Assembly: GCF_964188315.1 (NCBI RefSeq)
Contig: NC_135671.1
Span: forward strand, 20,708,001 to 20,772,000
Reading direction: 5' to 3'
DNA length: 64,000 nt
From: Podarcis muralis
Lineage: Eukaryota
Shown here piece by piece: positions 62,026-64,000 of this stretch (the stretch's first letter is position 1; every line of letters begins with the position of its first letter). Below the pieces are notes generated by a model that did no database searches, was not told the DNA's origin, and saw only the letters and a list, made by a program, of their open reading frames with translations. Position numbers and translations under genes: made by a program.

Positions 62026-64000
62026 GACAACAATATATCTTATCTCTTCTCTCCCTCCTATTCTGGCTCATGAAGAATCAATAATCAAGAGCATTTCTGC
62101 CATATGAGCCTGTTAATGCCTTATTTCAGGTATCTTCAAGTCAGATATTAGGTGGTTGGTTGCTAGAGAGGGCCTTTTTTGTGGTGTTGCCCTTGTCTTT
62201 CAGGAATGTTTGCTCAGTGTCTTCACTTTTATCATGTAGTTGCCAGGTGGAAACTGTTTTATTTTCTTAGGCTCTCGGTTAGTGGCATCATGTTATTTTA
62301 CATTAATGATGGCTAGTACTATTTTTGGTTATAAGTTTATCATTCATTTTATATTTGAGTTGAATTAAATTATATTGCTGTTTAATAGATTGTTGCACAC
62401 TTTTGGTGCAGTATGTGGAAGTGAGCAGTGCAAATGTTTCATCTAAAACAAATAAAATTGTTTCTATATGAGCAATCCAGTTATGAGTGTGAGACATATT
62501 GTCTATTGTCTCAATCTGAGTCATGGGTGTGACTGAGGGCCTCCTTTCCCCTCTTCCCTCTCCAATTTGATATTTGGCAGGATACAGACTTCCAGTAATA
62601 TGATGCAGATTACTAAAAAAAACCCAGGTAGATAAGCAGCAATCCTGAAATGGTTTTAAAGGTGGTTGTTTTTTAACTGAAATATAAATACTTCGGTGGT
62701 GTTTATGGTGAAGATGGTCCCTCCACACAACCGCCCCCCAAGAAAGAATTGTATAAATTGTTTGATTCATATTGGGTTCCTTATCTAGCAACAACACTAG
62801 GCCTCATCCTAGCTCATAAAAAATGCTCAGACGTTGCTAGTCTCTTTTCTCTGAATCATGAAAAGCAGGGAAGAAATTGCTTCCCTTTCATATTTTCCTA
62901 TCAGAAATCCACCCCACATGAATGGGAAAAATCAGCATCATGGTGCATTTAGATAACTATAAATTTAGTTAACAGTAGTCACCTTTACATAGTAGCTGAA
63001 ATTTTGCAACAGCTACCTGGATTTTAGTTTTGAAATAAGATTAGTTAAACACAGGTATTTTATTTTTAAGCCACATCAGCAAAGGTGTCACTAATAGGCA
63101 AAATAGTTCATAAATGTTCAAAGACTAATTGAAACTTAACCCTGTGTGCTCTCCCTTTCCTCTTAGTGGGAAAATTCCACTGAAAAATAAAAGATCTTGT
63201 TTGGTATTTTAAGACCCATTGCTTCTATCTTACAGCAGCTTCAGATCTCTGTTACCAAATAATTCATATGCAGTCAGCACACATTAAAATTTGAAAAAAG
63301 GAGTGGCAGAGGAAAAGAGAGGGAAAGAGAAAGCTTTGAAGCAGAATTTTCTTTCATTAAATTAGTGAATATGACAAGGTTATGTAATGTTCCAGAGGGA
63401 TGAAGAGCTGCACGTCACTAACCTTTTAGATTCAAGAGGCTTTATCCTTTTCATTTGCTGCTGGATAAAGGCTTAACACTGGATTAACTGGCAAGTTCCT
63501 TTTTTAATTCAGGTAGATAAAGCCCCTATCCAGATTTTATATATAATTATTTATCATATGCAATATAAAAATAAGCACTACGCATGTACAGATAACTGTA
63601 TTTCTACTTCTGCATGTGTGTCATATGTGTATGCGTGTAGAGATTTTCATACTGATTTGGTACATTTGCATATCGACCTGTCAAGATGATTCCTACTATC
63701 TTCTGTGACTGAGATACAGAAGAAGCACTACAGCTGATCAAAGAATGGACCATTGTTAAAAGGGTCCCTTACCTTTATGACAATATTGCTGCTAAATGGC
63801 ATTTCCTTGCCAATATGCAACTCACTATTGGAAAGCAATTATTAAAAATAAATGTGGATTTATTGCCAACTTTAGATCTGAACTTTGTACCTTTACACAG
63901 CCAGTTAACATGTGATAATGTTGGTCTTTGGGAGGTCAAAAGTTAGACTTGCTGATTCAACTATTACAAGCATAACAGCAGGCCAGTCAACTTTTTTCTG

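Noticed and set aside
20756-64000. Next PTPRD coding exon (TPPRFTRTP...Ig1)
   Set aside because: Not found by eye or in the ORF track; it presumably lies beyond the window, consistent with the very long PTPRD introns.

Overview
Vertebrate genomic DNA from a squamate reptile, probably a lacertid lizard (inferred from Sauria-type and Squam3-like SINEs alongside BovB, CR1, L2, L1 and Penelope remnants). The only host exon I can support is at 20590-20755 (+). It has a clean AG acceptor and GT donor and encodes the signal peptide MHVARPVVLLLCFLLCADAE with a phase-1 intron, which matches the first coding exon of PTPRD as I recall it from human ([21 protein letters not shown]|TPPRF). The rest of the window is therefore probably PTPRD intron; I did not find the next coding exon (TPPRFTR...). 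The introns are dense with transposon debris: Tc1/pogo and hAT MITEs (many with readable TSDs), Sauria SINEs, 5'-truncated LINE ends, a canonical solo LTR inside a CR1, and a Penelope fragment with a GIY-YIG remnant and a minimal hammerhead ribozyme. There is one 200-N assembly gap. Apart from LINE and Penelope remnants, the ORF track appears spurious. The most interesting unexplained structure is a six-copy LTR-like family. It has atypical TTGCG...CGCAA ends, no consistent TSD, and an internal 12-bp long-range inverted repeat whose innermost pair co-varies between copies. I found no evidence for a new protein-coding system. All identities and alignments were judged by eye.
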